A stretch of 64,000 bases of DNA from an uncultured Acidobacteriota bacterium (GTDB lineage: Bacteria > Acidobacteriota > UBA6911), in assembly GCA_963827655.1 (NCBI GenBank), contig CAWHCF010000006.1, forward strand, positions 64,001-128,000, written 5' to 3'. Of the stretch, positions 20,496-30,457 are shown in pieces. The position numbers and the translations under genes are program-made. The notes under the pieces were generated by a model, which made no database searches, was not told the DNA's origin, and was given only the letters and a program-made list of their open reading frames with translations. Each line of letters begins with the position of its first letter. Positions within the stretch are counted from its first letter, which is position 1.

Positions 20496-20885
20496 CTAAC
20501 GCAGTGATCGGCGAATGAACAGGTAGTATAGAACAAACCCGACCCCGATGAAGCCAGGTATGAGACCTACGCTCCACACTTTGTGTAGCTCGGAGTCCGG
20601 CACTATGAGGAAGGCCGCCACCATTCCGGCTCCGCCGAAGATCAGGATCAGACCGCACCCGAGTGCCAGCTTGGGAATCGCGATCGAACCCGACAGGTAA
20701 TCCAGCAACGAGCCGCTCGGTTCCTCCGCAAGAGTGGGGAATTCCGGCAGCGGAATCCCTTTTTCCATGGCCAGCAGCCTCTCCCGATGAAGCATCTCCC
20801 GCTCCAAATGCCGTTTACGGAGCTTCAGGTATTGTCTCCCCCAGATAAACGCGAGAATCACAGCCAACGCCAGTGCGACTTCCAT
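20496..20885 (-). CDS. DUF6249-like membrane protein
   Basis: TM - HRERLLAMEKGIPLP - two TMs ending GLIPGFIGVG; SD AAGGAG. Confidence 0.7.
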   Translation of the reverse strand: MEVALALAVILAFIWGRQYLKLRKRHLEREMLHRERLLAMEKGIPLPEFPTLAEEPSGSLLDYLSGSIAIPKLALGCGLILIFGGAGMVAAFLIVPDSELHKVWSVGLIPGFIGVGFVLYYLFIRRSLR

Positions 20886-21057
20886 CGATAGTCTCCTTTT
20901 CGAAATCAGCGTCCTTTTGACGGAGGAACGACGGCTTAGGTGGCAAAAAACAGTAGGCAGTAAGCGGTAGGCAGGGCTACTGCCTGAAAGCCTACTGCAT
21001 GATATGCTCGATGGAGGATGGCTGCAGCCACTGCCTACTGTTTCTGAGGAGTGTGAC

Positions 21058-22305
21058 ATGAAGCTTCAACGCGGAGTCGGAAAAGATCTTCGGGTTGTTC
21101 TATCGATCATTGCCCTGTGTCCGGCCCTTTGCCATGCGCAGGACTGGACGCAATGGCGAGGCTCGAATCGTGACGGCATTGTTATCGGGTTCTCTGAACC
21201 CAAAACCTGGCCGGAGCGCCTGACGAAGAAGTGGGAGGCCACCGTCGGGATCGGGCACTCGTCTCCCGTGGTAGTTGGCCGGAAGGTCTATCTTTTCGCG
21301 CGACAGAAGGAAGACGAGGTTATTTCCTGTCTCGACCTGGACACGGGGAAGGAACTGTGGCGCGATCAGTACCCCGTGCCTTACCAGATGAACCCGGCGG
21401 CAACGACGCACGGCAAGGGGCCGAAATCGACACCTGTCGTCAGCAACGGCAGGTTGTACACCCTGGGAATCAGCGGGATTCTCTCCTGTCATGACGCCCT
21501 GTCAGGAAAGCTCCGCTGGCGCAAAGACTTTGCTTCGCAATTCGCCAGCACTTCTCCCCACTTCGGCACCGCAATGTCGCCGGTAATAGACGCCGGCCTT
21601 CTGATCGCGCATGTCGGAGGTCACGACAGCGGAGCGCTGGCGGCCTTTGATGCCGAAACCGGCGAGCCAAGATGGACCTGGAAGGGGGATGGACCGGGCT
21701 ACGCTTCTCCCCTTGTCGTCGATCTGGGGGGCGTGCGGCAGGTTGTCACACAGTCGCAAAAACAGCTGATTGGAGTCTCGGCATCCGATGGCGCGCTACT
21801 GTGGAGCATTCCGTTTACTACGGCCTACGTCCAGAATGTCGTGACTCCCATCATCTACAAAGAGATGTTGATCTTCTCCGGCCTCAACAAGGGAATAATG
21901 GCCGTCCGGCTCGCCAGGAAGGGGAGCTCCTGGGTGCCGGAAAAAGTCTGGGAGAATTCAGAAATCTCCTTTTATATGAGCACACCGGTTCTCCACGGGG
22001 ACCTTCTGCTCGGAATGTCCAACCGCAACAAAGGACAGTTCGTCTGCCTGGATGCACGCACGGGGGCTCAGGTCTGGGCAGGGGACAGCCGTCAAGGAGA
22101 GAATGCGGCCATAGTGAAAGCCGGAGAGAAGCTGTTTTCCCTGACCACTGACGCGGAGCTGATTGTCTCCCGGATAACTTCCAACGGACTGGAGCCGCTG
22201 AAGCGCTACACCGTCGCAGCCAGCCCGACCTGGGCGCACCCGGTTATCGTCGGCAACCGTGTGCTGATCAAGGACGAGTCTACCCTGGCACTGTGGAGCT
22301 TTTGA
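21058..22305 (+). CDS. PQQ-binding-like (BamB-like) beta-propeller protein
   Basis: Signal peptide; DWTQWRG, GHSSPVV, repeated DxxTGxxxW blades, TWAHPVI. Confidence 0.88.
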   Translation: MKLQRGVGKDLRVVLSIIALCPALCHAQDWTQWRGSNRDGIVIGFSEPKTWPERLTKKWEATVGIGHSSPVVVGRKVYLFARQKEDEVISCLDLDTGKELWRDQYPVPYQMNPAATTHGKGPKSTPVVSNGRLYTLGISGILSCHDALSGKLRWRKDFASQFASTSPHFGTAMSPVIDAGLLIAHVGGHDSGALAAFDAETGEPRWTWKGDGPGYASPLVVDLGGVRQVVTQSQKQLIGVSASDGALLWSIPFTTAYVQNVVTPIIYKEMLIFSGLNKGIMAVRLARKGSSWVPEKVWENSEISFYMSTPVLHGDLLLGMSNRNKGQFVCLDARTGAQVWAGDSRQGENAAIVKAGEKLFSLTTDAELIVSRITSNGLEPLKRYTVAASPTWAHPVIVGNRVLIKDESTLALWSF

Positions 22306-22364
22306 GCCTCCCTGCGCGATTCGCGATTCCGCGTCCGTTGTTCTTTTTCGAAACGACCCGATAC

Positions 22365-22673
22365 ATGTGCGGACGGGCTATCAAGCCCGTCCGGCTCCCG
22401 AGGGGCACTACTGAACTTTTAAGGTTAAGGCTACGATTACGTAACTTGCGACGGGCCAATGGAGACTGTTGCAAAACTCGCCAGTTGATGTGCGGACGGG
22501 CTATCAAGCCCGTTCGGCCCTCGAGGGCCTACTGAACTTTTAAGGTTAAGGCATCGCGATTACGTAACTTGCGACGGGCCGATGGCCCGTCGCCACAGGG
22601 TGCTCTCAGAATGTCTGAGCCACACTACCAGGGGAATCTGAGTCTTGCGACAGTCTCGATGACCCGTCGCCAC
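22365..22673. repeat. REP/REPIN-like cluster (two tandem ~100-bp doublets plus a partial copy)
   Basis: GTGCGGACGGGCTATCAAGCCCGTCCG...GCGACGGGCCGATGGCCCGTCGCCAC; related copy at 42480-42591. Confidence 0.85.
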
Positions 22674-22751
22674 ATTCGGGGAATGGACGTGAAGCCGGCT
22701 GACAAGCCGAATTACTTTGAACCTTGCGCCCAAAACAGAATCTAATGAACC

Positions 22752-23447
22752 ATGATGCGCAGGCATAGTCTCTCAGCCCTGATCCTGTTCCTTGGCCTCA
22801 ATTCCTTCGCTTACACGCACGATAACGATTGTGATCACAACCTGTTGCGACTGCCGGATTATGTGACGATCACGGCTCTCAACGGCACACTGATGGCCCT
22901 CGACTCGATCCATGGCGGAATCGCTTACGAACGGCTCGGACCTGGAGAAGAACTCCGGTACCACTTCGAATCGGGGGTTGTGGGTATTGCACTCACGAAC
23001 TTCCGGATCGTGGGCTTTAGCGCAGCGTCGGGCTCCTGGGCATCGTATCGATTCTTCGGGAATGAAGTTCCTTTGAACGATGGCTTGCGACTCAGCTCGC
23101 GCCTGGCTTTGCTGGTCACGACGCGAAAGGCCGTCCTTTTCGATTCTGCAACCGGAAGCTGGATTCAAACCAACTTGCCCCCTTTCGATTCACCGCTCGG
23201 CCTCTATGTCACGGAAAACCTCGCTCTGGTAGTTACTCAACGGAAAGTGCTCGGCTATTCTGCCGGCTTTTGTGAAGATCAAAGACCCAGAGTGAGGGCC
23301 TGGACCGGGCTCGATCTCCGCATCAAGGAACCCATAACCGATATCGCCGTGGGCGACACCCTGGCTACCCTGGATACGCCTCAGCGATTGCTGGTATTCA
23401 ATGCGGCAAGCGCGTGGTCGTGGGTGGCCAAAAACCGGCTGTTCTAG
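22752..23447 (+). CDS. Secreted hypothetical protein with ~45-aa internal repeats
   Basis: Signal peptide; repeated LALxVTxRKxxxFxxxxGSW units. Confidence 0.7.
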   Translation: MMRRHSLSALILFLGLNSFAYTHDNDCDHNLLRLPDYVTITALNGTLMALDSIHGGIAYERLGPGEELRYHFESGVVGIALTNFRIVGFSAASGSWASYRFFGNEVPLNDGLRLSSRLALLVTTRKAVLFDSATGSWIQTNLPPFDSPLGLYVTENLALVVTQRKVLGYSAGFCEDQRPRVRAWTGLDLRIKEPITDIAVGDTLATLDTPQRLLVFNAASAWSWVAKNRLF

Positions 23448-23503
23448 CCGAACCGAATTACCCCGACGCTTCGCGTATTTTTAGAGTCTTCGTGTCTTCG
23501 TGC

Positions 23504-23989
23504 TTAGTACGATGGACGCGCTGCCCGCGCAAACAGCGCGCTCGGCAGTCCGACTCCGAGGGCATGAATCAGGAGTCCATTGACGAGCACGGGCAGCGAC
23601 ATCGGTCCCGTGGCGGCCGCCGAAAGCGGAATAACCACACGGTTCATGATCACGAACACAACAACACCATACAGTAGACCACACAGCACGGGGTGGCGCG
23701 TGAGAATGCCCAGCCGGCGGCTCACGAGGTAGTAGACGCAGACAATCCCAAAAGCAATGAAGAAGTGGAGCAGGGCACCGAGCGCGGCGGTCGCAGGCCC
23801 ACCGCGAAAAGCGTCGCGGCCCAGGAGTCCTGCCGCGATGCTTTGGAGTATCCGGACGGGCGTCACTCCCCGCAGGCCGAAGAACACCATCGCATCGATC
23901 AGGTCGAGCACCCCGACCGTGAGCGTGCCAAGAAGCACGGCCTGGGCTGGACTCAACGAGCGACTCGTGTAGGGTTGGCTCTCGGTCAT
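23504..23989 (-). CDS. Hypothetical membrane protein (4 TM)
   Basis: LQSIAAGLLG, GALLHFFIA, GLLYG, HALGVGLP. Confidence 0.75.
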   Translation of the reverse strand: MTESQPYTSRSLSPAQAVLLGTLTVGVLDLIDAMVFFGLRGVTPVRILQSIAAGLLGRDAFRGGPATAALGALLHFFIAFGIVCVYYLVSRRLGILTRHPVLCGLLYGVVVFVIMNRVVIPLSAAATGPMSLPVLVNGLLIHALGVGLPSALFARAARPSY

Positions 23990-24164
23990 CGAACAAATCA
24001 GAATCAGGATACAACGAATTCAGGCCCGATCCAGGATCAATCCAGGATATAGGATTCAGGCCCAACCCACCAGACTCGATCTCTGAATCCTGAATCTTAG
24101 ATCGTTAATCCGTGCCACGCTGCTTTTGCGTGGAACTGATCACAGAACAAGTTCTTTTCTGTTG

Positions 24165-25634
24165 TTACACGATAACCCCCAGTGAAGAACGCTGCGCAGG
24201 GGCTGCCGGACTGTAGGCTTTCCAGGCGCGGCCGAGACGCTCCACGCCTTCCCGGATCTCGTCCAGCTCGAGAGCGAAGGAGAGCCGCAGGAATTGTGTG
24301 CAGCCGTTTCGGGCCGAGCAGATCGGTCCTGGAACCACCGATACGCCGTGGCGTAGAGCAACCTGCGCGAATTCACCCGCGTTGGCCCGAGGCAACCGCA
24401 CCCACAGCGTGAGCCCGCCGGCGGGTCGCTGCCAGGACCACTCCGGCAGGAGCCGGGCAAGCTGTTTCGCCATCACGTCCAGCCGCTCGCGCATCTCGCG
24501 GCGCCGAATCTCCCGAATAGCGCGGGCGCGGGGCAGAAGGCGGGCGGCAATCGCCTGGCTGACCAGCGAACTGCCAAGATCGGCCATGACCTTGAAGCGC
24601 GCCAGCCGGGAGATGATCGGCTCCGGAGCGCGAATCCAGCCGATACGAAGACCTCCCCAGAGCAGCTTGCTGAGCGAACCAATCGTAAGAACCGGCGCAG
24701 ATCGAGCGAAAGAGCCCAGCGGCGGCGGCGGCAGCTGGCCATGATCCAGGTCGGCCAGCGTGTTGTCCTCGATGATCGGAATCTGCTTTTCTTCGGCCAG
24801 CCGGACCATTTCGCGGCGATTCTTTTCCGGCATGACCACTCCGGTCGGGTTCTGAAACGTCGGCATGAGATAGATCAGACTGGGGGTCTCGCCGGCCAAT
24901 GATTCTCGAAGAAGTTCCAGCCGAACCCCATCCCGGCCGACCGGAACAGAAATGAGTCGGGCGCCCGCCGAGGCGAAAACATCGATGGCGCCCAGGTAAG
25001 TCGGTTCCTCAAGAACGACGGTGTCACCCGGCTGGACATAGAGCGCGGTTATCAGGCCGATCGCCTGCTGCGCGCCGTGCGTGACCAGAATCTGATCGGC
25101 AGTTGAAGGGAGACCGGAGTGAGTAAGATGGGCGGCAATCGCCTCCTGCAAGGACGGAAGTCCGAGCGCCATATAGCCGTGGTGCCTGAGCAGCGGCGCG
25201 AGGTCTTCGCGTGCCTGGGCGACCGCCTCCTCAACGAACGGAGCGGCGGCGGGGAGATGGGCGCCGAGGAACTCGATCGTCGAACCATCCGATTCGATCA
25301 GGCCGCGAAAGACCGTGTTGCGCTGGAACGACCTCAAGGCCGCGCTCTCCCGATCGGTCGCGGCGCGTGAGGCGCCGGATCGGCGGACGCGCGTGCCACT
25401 TCCCTGCCGGCTTTCGAGCCACCCTTCGGTCCGCAAAATCTCAAAGGCTCGAACGACCGTGGTGCGGCTCACGGCCAGGGCTTTCGCGAGCGGACGCTCG
25501 GCGGGCAATCGCAGACCCGTAGAAAGATCACCGCGTTCGAGGATGCCACGCAAGGTGTCCGCAAGCTGCAGGTACATCGCCTCCGGTCCGGACGACCAGT
25601 TGCCCAAATTGTGAACCAGCTCAGCCGCTCTCAT
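24165..25634 (-). CDS. MocR/GabR-family (GntR HTH plus PLP aminotransferase-fold) regulator
   Basis: LPAERPLAKALAVSRTTV, TFQNPTG, IIED, GSLSKLLWGGLRIGW. Confidence 0.92.
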   Translation of the reverse strand: MRAAELVHNLGNWSSGPEAMYLQLADTLRGILERGDLSTGLRLPAERPLAKALAVSRTTVVRAFEILRTEGWLESRQGSGTRVRRSGASRAATDRESAALRSFQRNTVFRGLIESDGSTIEFLGAHLPAAAPFVEEAVAQAREDLAPLLRHHGYMALGLPSLQEAIAAHLTHSGLPSTADQILVTHGAQQAIGLITALYVQPGDTVVLEEPTYLGAIDVFASAGARLISVPVGRDGVRLELLRESLAGETPSLIYLMPTFQNPTGVVMPEKNRREMVRLAEEKQIPIIEDNTLADLDHGQLPPPPLGSFARSAPVLTIGSLSKLLWGGLRIGWIRAPEPIISRLARFKVMADLGSSLVSQAIAARLLPRARAIREIRRREMRERLDVMAKQLARLLPEWSWQRPAGGLTLWVRLPRANAGEFAQVALRHGVSVVPGPICSARNGCTQFLRLSFALELDEIREGVERLGRAWKAYSPAAPAQRSSLGVIV

Positions 25635-25795
25635 AACGCCTGCCTCAAAAAACAGTCCAATAATAGCAAAGTGGATATTGAATTGGAATTAAACTCCGCA
25701 CATCATGACCCAGAATGCTCCAGATTGGATTCTTTGGCTTGTTATGGCGGTCAATTGGCCTGCTTGCTTCCGGGCCCAACCAGAGAGGAAAAGTT

Positions 25796-26740
25796 ATGCT
25801 ACCGAAATACGCCTTCTTCAGAGATCGCATCGTTCCGTACGCTGATGCGAAGGTCGGGGTGCTGACACACGGCCTCAACTACGGTACCGGGTGTTTTGCC
25901 GGGCTTCGAGGTTATTGGAACAGCGACCAGGAGGAACTCTTCGTCTTCCGCCCGCACGACCACTTCAAGCGGTTTCTTGAATCGGCCGCCTTGCTGCGGA
26001 TGGACCTGCCCTACCGACCGGCCGACCTGGTGACCCATCTGTTTGATCTTCTACGCGCCGAGGAGATCAGGACCGACTGTTACATCCGACCGCTGGCGTT
26101 CCTCGCCGATGAAACCCTGGGCGTCAAGCTGCACGGCCTGACTCCTGTGGTGTCGATCGTCGCTTTCCCTTTCGGCAAATTCATCGAGAAAGACGACGGA
26201 GCGCACGTAACCGTTTCAAGCTGGCGCAGGATCGACGACAACATGATCCCGGCCCGCGGCAAAATCACCGGCGGTTATGTCAACTCGGCGCTGGCGAAGT
26301 CCGACGCGCACCATGCGGGCTTCGACGACGCGATCCTGCTTAACCAGGAAGGGCGCGTCTCGGAGGGCCCGACCGCCAATGTCTTCCTGGCCCGCGGCGG
26401 TGCCGTCGTTACACCGCCGGTAACCGACGACATACTTGAAGGCATCGTTCGAAGAACGATTATTTCGCTTCTGCGGGACGAAATAGGCGTGCCGGTCGTC
26501 GAACGTTCTATCGACCGTTCCGAACTGTTCGTGGCGGATGAGGCGTTTTTTGCAGGCACTGGAATCCAGATTGTTCCGATCACGCGTATCGACCACCGGC
26601 CGGTGGGCAACGGACGGCCAGGCGCGCTGACCACCAACCTGAGATCCCTCTACTTCGATGTTGTCCGGGGCCGGGTGGCGAAGTACCGTACCTGGTGTGC
26701 GCCGGTTTACGCGCCTGTGAGCGCGGCGCTTTCTGCTTAG
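25796..26740 (+). CDS. ilvE: Branched-chain amino acid aminotransferase (class IV)
   Basis: HGLNYGTGCF, CYIRP, KITGGYVNS, SEGPTANVF, ILEGI, EAFFAGT. Confidence 0.85.
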   Translation: MLPKYAFFRDRIVPYADAKVGVLTHGLNYGTGCFAGLRGYWNSDQEELFVFRPHDHFKRFLESAALLRMDLPYRPADLVTHLFDLLRAEEIRTDCYIRPLAFLADETLGVKLHGLTPVVSIVAFPFGKFIEKDDGAHVTVSSWRRIDDNMIPARGKITGGYVNSALAKSDAHHAGFDDAILLNQEGRVSEGPTANVFLARGGAVVTPPVTDDILEGIVRRTIISLLRDEIGVPVVERSIDRSELFVADEAFFAGTGIQIVPITRIDHRPVGNGRPGALTTNLRSLYFDVVRGRVAKYRTWCAPVYAPVSAALSA

Positions 26741-26793
26741 GAAACCGCGAAGACGCCAACAATCAAACGCGAAGGGTTTACGGAGACACGATC

Positions 26794-27306
26794 ATGAGTG
26801 CATACCGCGAAAGAATGCTGTCGCTCCTGGGCGACCGGTCGCCCGGCGAGGCGATGGATGCGGCTCGCAAGCGCATCGAGGAACTTGTCGATCAACTGGG
26901 CGAGGAGGGTTTCTCACGAAGCTATGGACCGGGAAAATGGACGGCAAGGGAGATACTCGTGCATCTGGCCGATGCCGAGCTGGCCACCGGCTTCCGCATA
27001 CGCCAGGCGCTGGCCGAAGAGAACCACACGGTTCAGGTTTGGGACCAGGACCTCTGGGCCACGCGGTACGGCGATTTCGACGCCCGGCTTGCCGCCCGTA
27101 CCTTTGGCTCGCTCCGGTCATGGAATCTGGCGTTGATACGAACCCTCAGTGCCGAGGATCTCGCCAGGCCCGTGATGCATCCCGAACGCGGGATCGAATC
27201 GATCGGGCTCATGATCCGCATGCTGGCCGGACACGATCTTAATCACCTGGCGCAGCTCCAACAGATCGCCGGGCAGAAGAAAGAGGCGGCGACCAGAGAG
27301 TGCTAA
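26794..27306 (+). CDS. DinB/YfiT-family protein
   Basis: PGKWTAREILVHLADAE, HPERG, AGHDLNHL. Confidence 0.88.
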   Translation: MSAYRERMLSLLGDRSPGEAMDAARKRIEELVDQLGEEGFSRSYGPGKWTAREILVHLADAELATGFRIRQALAEENHTVQVWDQDLWATRYGDFDARLAARTFGSLRSWNLALIRTLSAEDLARPVMHPERGIESIGLMIRMLAGHDLNHLAQLQQIAGQKKEAATREC

Positions 27307-27414
27307 AGGCGGGTGATAGCAAACGAAGGACTTTTCAAATCTGTCGGAATTCTCGCTAGCAGGGGAGAGTTTTCCAGTGCTCAATGGCGCCTCAGCACGA
27401 GCAGGTTATTGACA

Positions 27415-28299
27415 ATGACACGACGCCCGAATTGGTTCAGCCGCGAATTCTCCTTCGATCTTCCTCTCTGGACATACCCCAATATCGTCGAGCGCTTGCG
27501 AGGGACGCCGGCGCGGCTGGAAGACCGGATCAGCTCGTTGCCGGGGAAAACCCTGACCAGGCGAGATCGCAATAACTGGTCGATCCAGGAAAACGCCGGT
27601 CATTTGCTAGACCTCGAGCCCCTGGGAATGGACCGGCTCGATGACTTCGCCGCCGGGCGGCAAACTCTGCGGGCTGCCGACCTTGCGAATCGAAAGACTT
27701 ACGAGGCAAATCACAACTCGAGTGCCATCAAAGACGTCTTGCTCTCCTTCCGGGCGGCACGCCTGGCGTTCGTCGAGCGATTGGACGGCTTCGACCAGGC
27801 ATTCGTTCAGCGCACGGCGACGCATCCCCGTCTCAAGAAGGAGATGCGCGTCCTGGACCTGGCTTTCTTCATCGCCGAGCATGATGACCATCATCTGGCT
27901 CGCATCACGGAACTGATCCGACTGTTCGAAAGCCAGGTACGCCGCGCGCTACGGGCGGCAAATTGGAACGAGCGAATAGGCTTGAAGGTATTGCGTTTAG
28001 TTCCACGAGGTCAGGGTAAGACCCCGTCTTTCCCACCGCCGCGCCGGGCGCCGCGGCGATGCTGGAGACGCTACGGTTCAATATCGGTCACATTGCGTCG
28101 TCGATCGAGTTCGACCCGGATAGCATCCGCTTCGTGCTTGATTTTACCGTCCCGGTACATCAGAAGGAGTCCAGTCTGGGACGGCGACGCTACATCGCCG
28201 CCCGTCACCCCCAGAATGGTGAGGGTGCTGCTTCCGCCTGCCGGTACGCCCGTTGCAGGCACTCCCGAACCGACGAAGCGAGGCGTAGCCGGCGTATAG
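27415..28299 (+). CDS. DinB-family protein; recognisable domain ends near 27930, remainder is probable read-through
   Basis: ERLRGTPARL, WSIQENAGHL, HPRL, AEHDDHHLARI. Confidence 0.75.
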   Translation: MTRRPNWFSREFSFDLPLWTYPNIVERLRGTPARLEDRISSLPGKTLTRRDRNNWSIQENAGHLLDLEPLGMDRLDDFAAGRQTLRAADLANRKTYEANHNSSAIKDVLLSFRAARLAFVERLDGFDQAFVQRTATHPRLKKEMRVLDLAFFIAEHDDHHLARITELIRLFESQVRRALRAANWNERIGLKVLRLVPRGQGKTPSFPPPRRAPRRCWRRYGSISVTLRRRSSSTRIASASCLILPSRYIRRSPVWDGDATSPPVTPRMVRVLLPPAGTPVAGTPEPTKRGVAGV

Positions 28300-29030
28300 G
28301 TAATGTCCTCGATCGCGTCTGTCAGAATTCCAGTAAAGTAGTTGTCGAACGCAAACACTGAAAAATCGAAGCGGCTGTCAAGGGTCAGACCAAGAGCGGA
28401 CAGCGGCGCAGTCAGGATGGCATTGCCTGAATTCAGATCTGCATCCGTGAAGAAGAAAACCGGAATAGGCGTACCCGGCGGCGCGGCAAGGTTAGCGACT
28501 GCCACGACATTCTGGCCGGTCACCGCAAATCCTCCATTCTCGACATTGAAGACGACATAGTCGGGCGCGCCATCACGATTCGAGTCGACGTAGATGTCGA
28601 ACCCGGCGGATAGTTGGGATGAGCACGCTCTCCGAAGGTACTGATGGCAACTGAATTGCCGGATCCAATGAGCTGTTCACCAACAGGGCGCCGACCCCCT
28701 CATGTCGACGATGGCGAAGTTATCACCCGGGCCGGGCAACAGTGGTTTCGGAATTTTGCGGCTCTTCCCCAGGAGCGAGAAACGTCGACACGACCGGGAA
28801 CCGCTCCTTGTACGTGTTCAGAATGACCGTTGCGGTGCCGTGCACTGGACCTCGTCCGAATCGGGACGCACGGCAGCTGCGCGGTGCGGCAGTATCTGCC
28901 AGGGCAGGCGGATGGTGTCGGTGCTGTCGGCCAACGTCACGAATCCGTCAAACTCCACGTCCTGCAGTCTGAAGCCATCGCCGCCGCGGCTGCCACCGTT
29001 CAACGTCCATATGGAATTTCGTTGCATCTA
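28071..29030 (-). pseudogene. C-terminal remnant of a large S8 (subtilase-like) peptidase gene
   Basis: Frameshifted pieces EFDGFVTL...RLPWQILPHRAA, FDIYVDSNRDGAPDYVVFN, FFTDADLNS, AFDNYFTG; no catalytic N-terminus. Confidence 0.55.
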
Positions 29031-29165
29031 TCCTCAACCGGATTCTGAATGATGCGCTCCCGTTGGCGGATGCCGGTGCAAGAATCGTCATGAGGTCCTG
29101 AACCAGGGATGGCATTTGAGTCTGAGCTACGCGGGGCCATTGAGTACGGCAGCCACATGTTCCCG

Positions 29166-29582
29166 CTATGTGCCGGTTTTCGTGATGTGTGCTACCGATT
29201 GCTGGATCAGTTTCTTCAGCGTAGGCAGATCGACGTCTTCGATTCTCTTGATGTACAAACACCCCTTCCCGGTCTTGTGCTTTCCCAGTTTTTTCAACAA
29301 CTCGCCCTGACCCTTGAATCCCGGCATGAAGTAAAGCGTCAAGGCCTCTTTGCGCGGAGAGAATCCGGTCAAGAACCAGTCCAGCTCGCGCCCGCTTTCG
29401 TACCTGTAGCAATAGCTGCCGAACCCCACAATGCTGGTTCCCCACATCTTTGGTTCGGACCGGGTGACCTGTTTCATGATCTCCAGGACCGTCAAGCAAT
29501 CGTTCCGTTTTTTTTCATCCGCGACGCCATCCAGGAATTTCTCAACGCTTGCGTCATTCTGTTTCGTCTTGAGTTCCGCCAT
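29166..29582 (-). CDS. DUF1801 (YdhG-like) protein
   Basis: PKMWGTSIVGFGSY, GFSPRK, LGKHKTGKGCLYIK. Confidence 0.9.
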   Translation of the reverse strand: MAELKTKQNDASVEKFLDGVADEKKRNDCLTVLEIMKQVTRSEPKMWGTSIVGFGSYCYRYESGRELDWFLTGFSPRKEALTLYFMPGFKGQGELLKKLGKHKTGKGCLYIKRIEDVDLPTLKKLIQQSVAHITKTGT

Positions 29583-29612
29583 CTTTAACTCCTTCAGGAT
29601 TGTGTCTGCGCG

Positions 29613-30095
29613 TCACCGGTTTTTCCGCTCGAGGGCGAGCAGGATTTCTTTGATATGGAGTCCCCCGCCGTATCCCGTCAAATGACCGCTGCTTCCGACG
29701 ACGCGATGGCAAGGGATGACAATCGGAAGCGGGTTCCGGCCATTCGCCGCTCCTACGGCGCGAATTGCCGAGGGCCTTCCGATGGCACGGGCCAGATCCC
29801 GGTAAGAAGTGGTCGCGCCGTACGGTATCGAGAGCAGCCCGCGCCACACCGCTTGCTGAAAAGGAGTACCCGCCGGGGCCAGCGGGAGGTCGAAGGTCTT
29901 GCGCGTACCTTCAAAATACTGTGAGATTTGCCGGATTGCGTCCCTGAACGGGACGCCATCATCTTCCCAGTGCGGATCAAGCTTGATTGTTTCTGTTTCC
30001 GAACAAAACTCGATCCGCTGCAGTCCGGCACAATCGCCGGCAAGGAACAATCTTCCTACCGGTGTTTCTGTGAAGCTGTAGAACAGTCTGGTCAT
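29613..30095 (-). CDS. ogt: Methylated-DNA-protein-cysteine methyltransferase
   Basis: GTPFQQAVW, RAVGAANGRNP, active site PCHRV. Confidence 0.93.
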   Translation of the reverse strand: MTRLFYSFTETPVGRLFLAGDCAGLQRIEFCSETETIKLDPHWEDDGVPFRDAIRQISQYFEGTRKTFDLPLAPAGTPFQQAVWRGLLSIPYGATTSYRDLARAIGRPSAIRAVGAANGRNPLPIVIPCHRVVGSSGHLTGYGGGLHIKEILLALERKNR

Positions 30096-30457
30096 CAGGC
30101 ACCGGTCACAACGAAGACTCAGCGCGGCCATCCGGCCGCGCTCTGGATTTGGCCAGTCAGGCCAAGAGCGCTCGCGCGGGGATTCCACGACTTGTCCGAG
30201 ATCCGAGTCGGCACTCCGATGTGTCGCACCTTCGGCGCTCGTTTCTAAACCTGAACTCTTCCCGGTTCCGCTGCCGGCCTCGGCTGCGCGCACCCGAGGC
30301 CGTCAGCTATCAGCTGTAAGCTTGCCGTTGCTGCGAGAGACGTAAGCATTCGTTTTACTTCGATCGCCTGGGCTTCTAATCAACGTCCGCCAACTCGCGG
30401 CATAAAAACGTCGCTCGGAAAACAGGATTTCACCGTCGTGTACTGCAATGAAGAAAA

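Noticed and set aside
22365-22596. Possible CRISPR array
   Set aside because: Only two units, the 'spacers' are near-identical to each other, and there are no cas genes; REP-like instead.
27931-28299. C-terminal extension of the DinB ORF as a real domain
   Set aside because: Low-complexity and antisense to the S8 remnant; more likely a lost stop codon or an indel.
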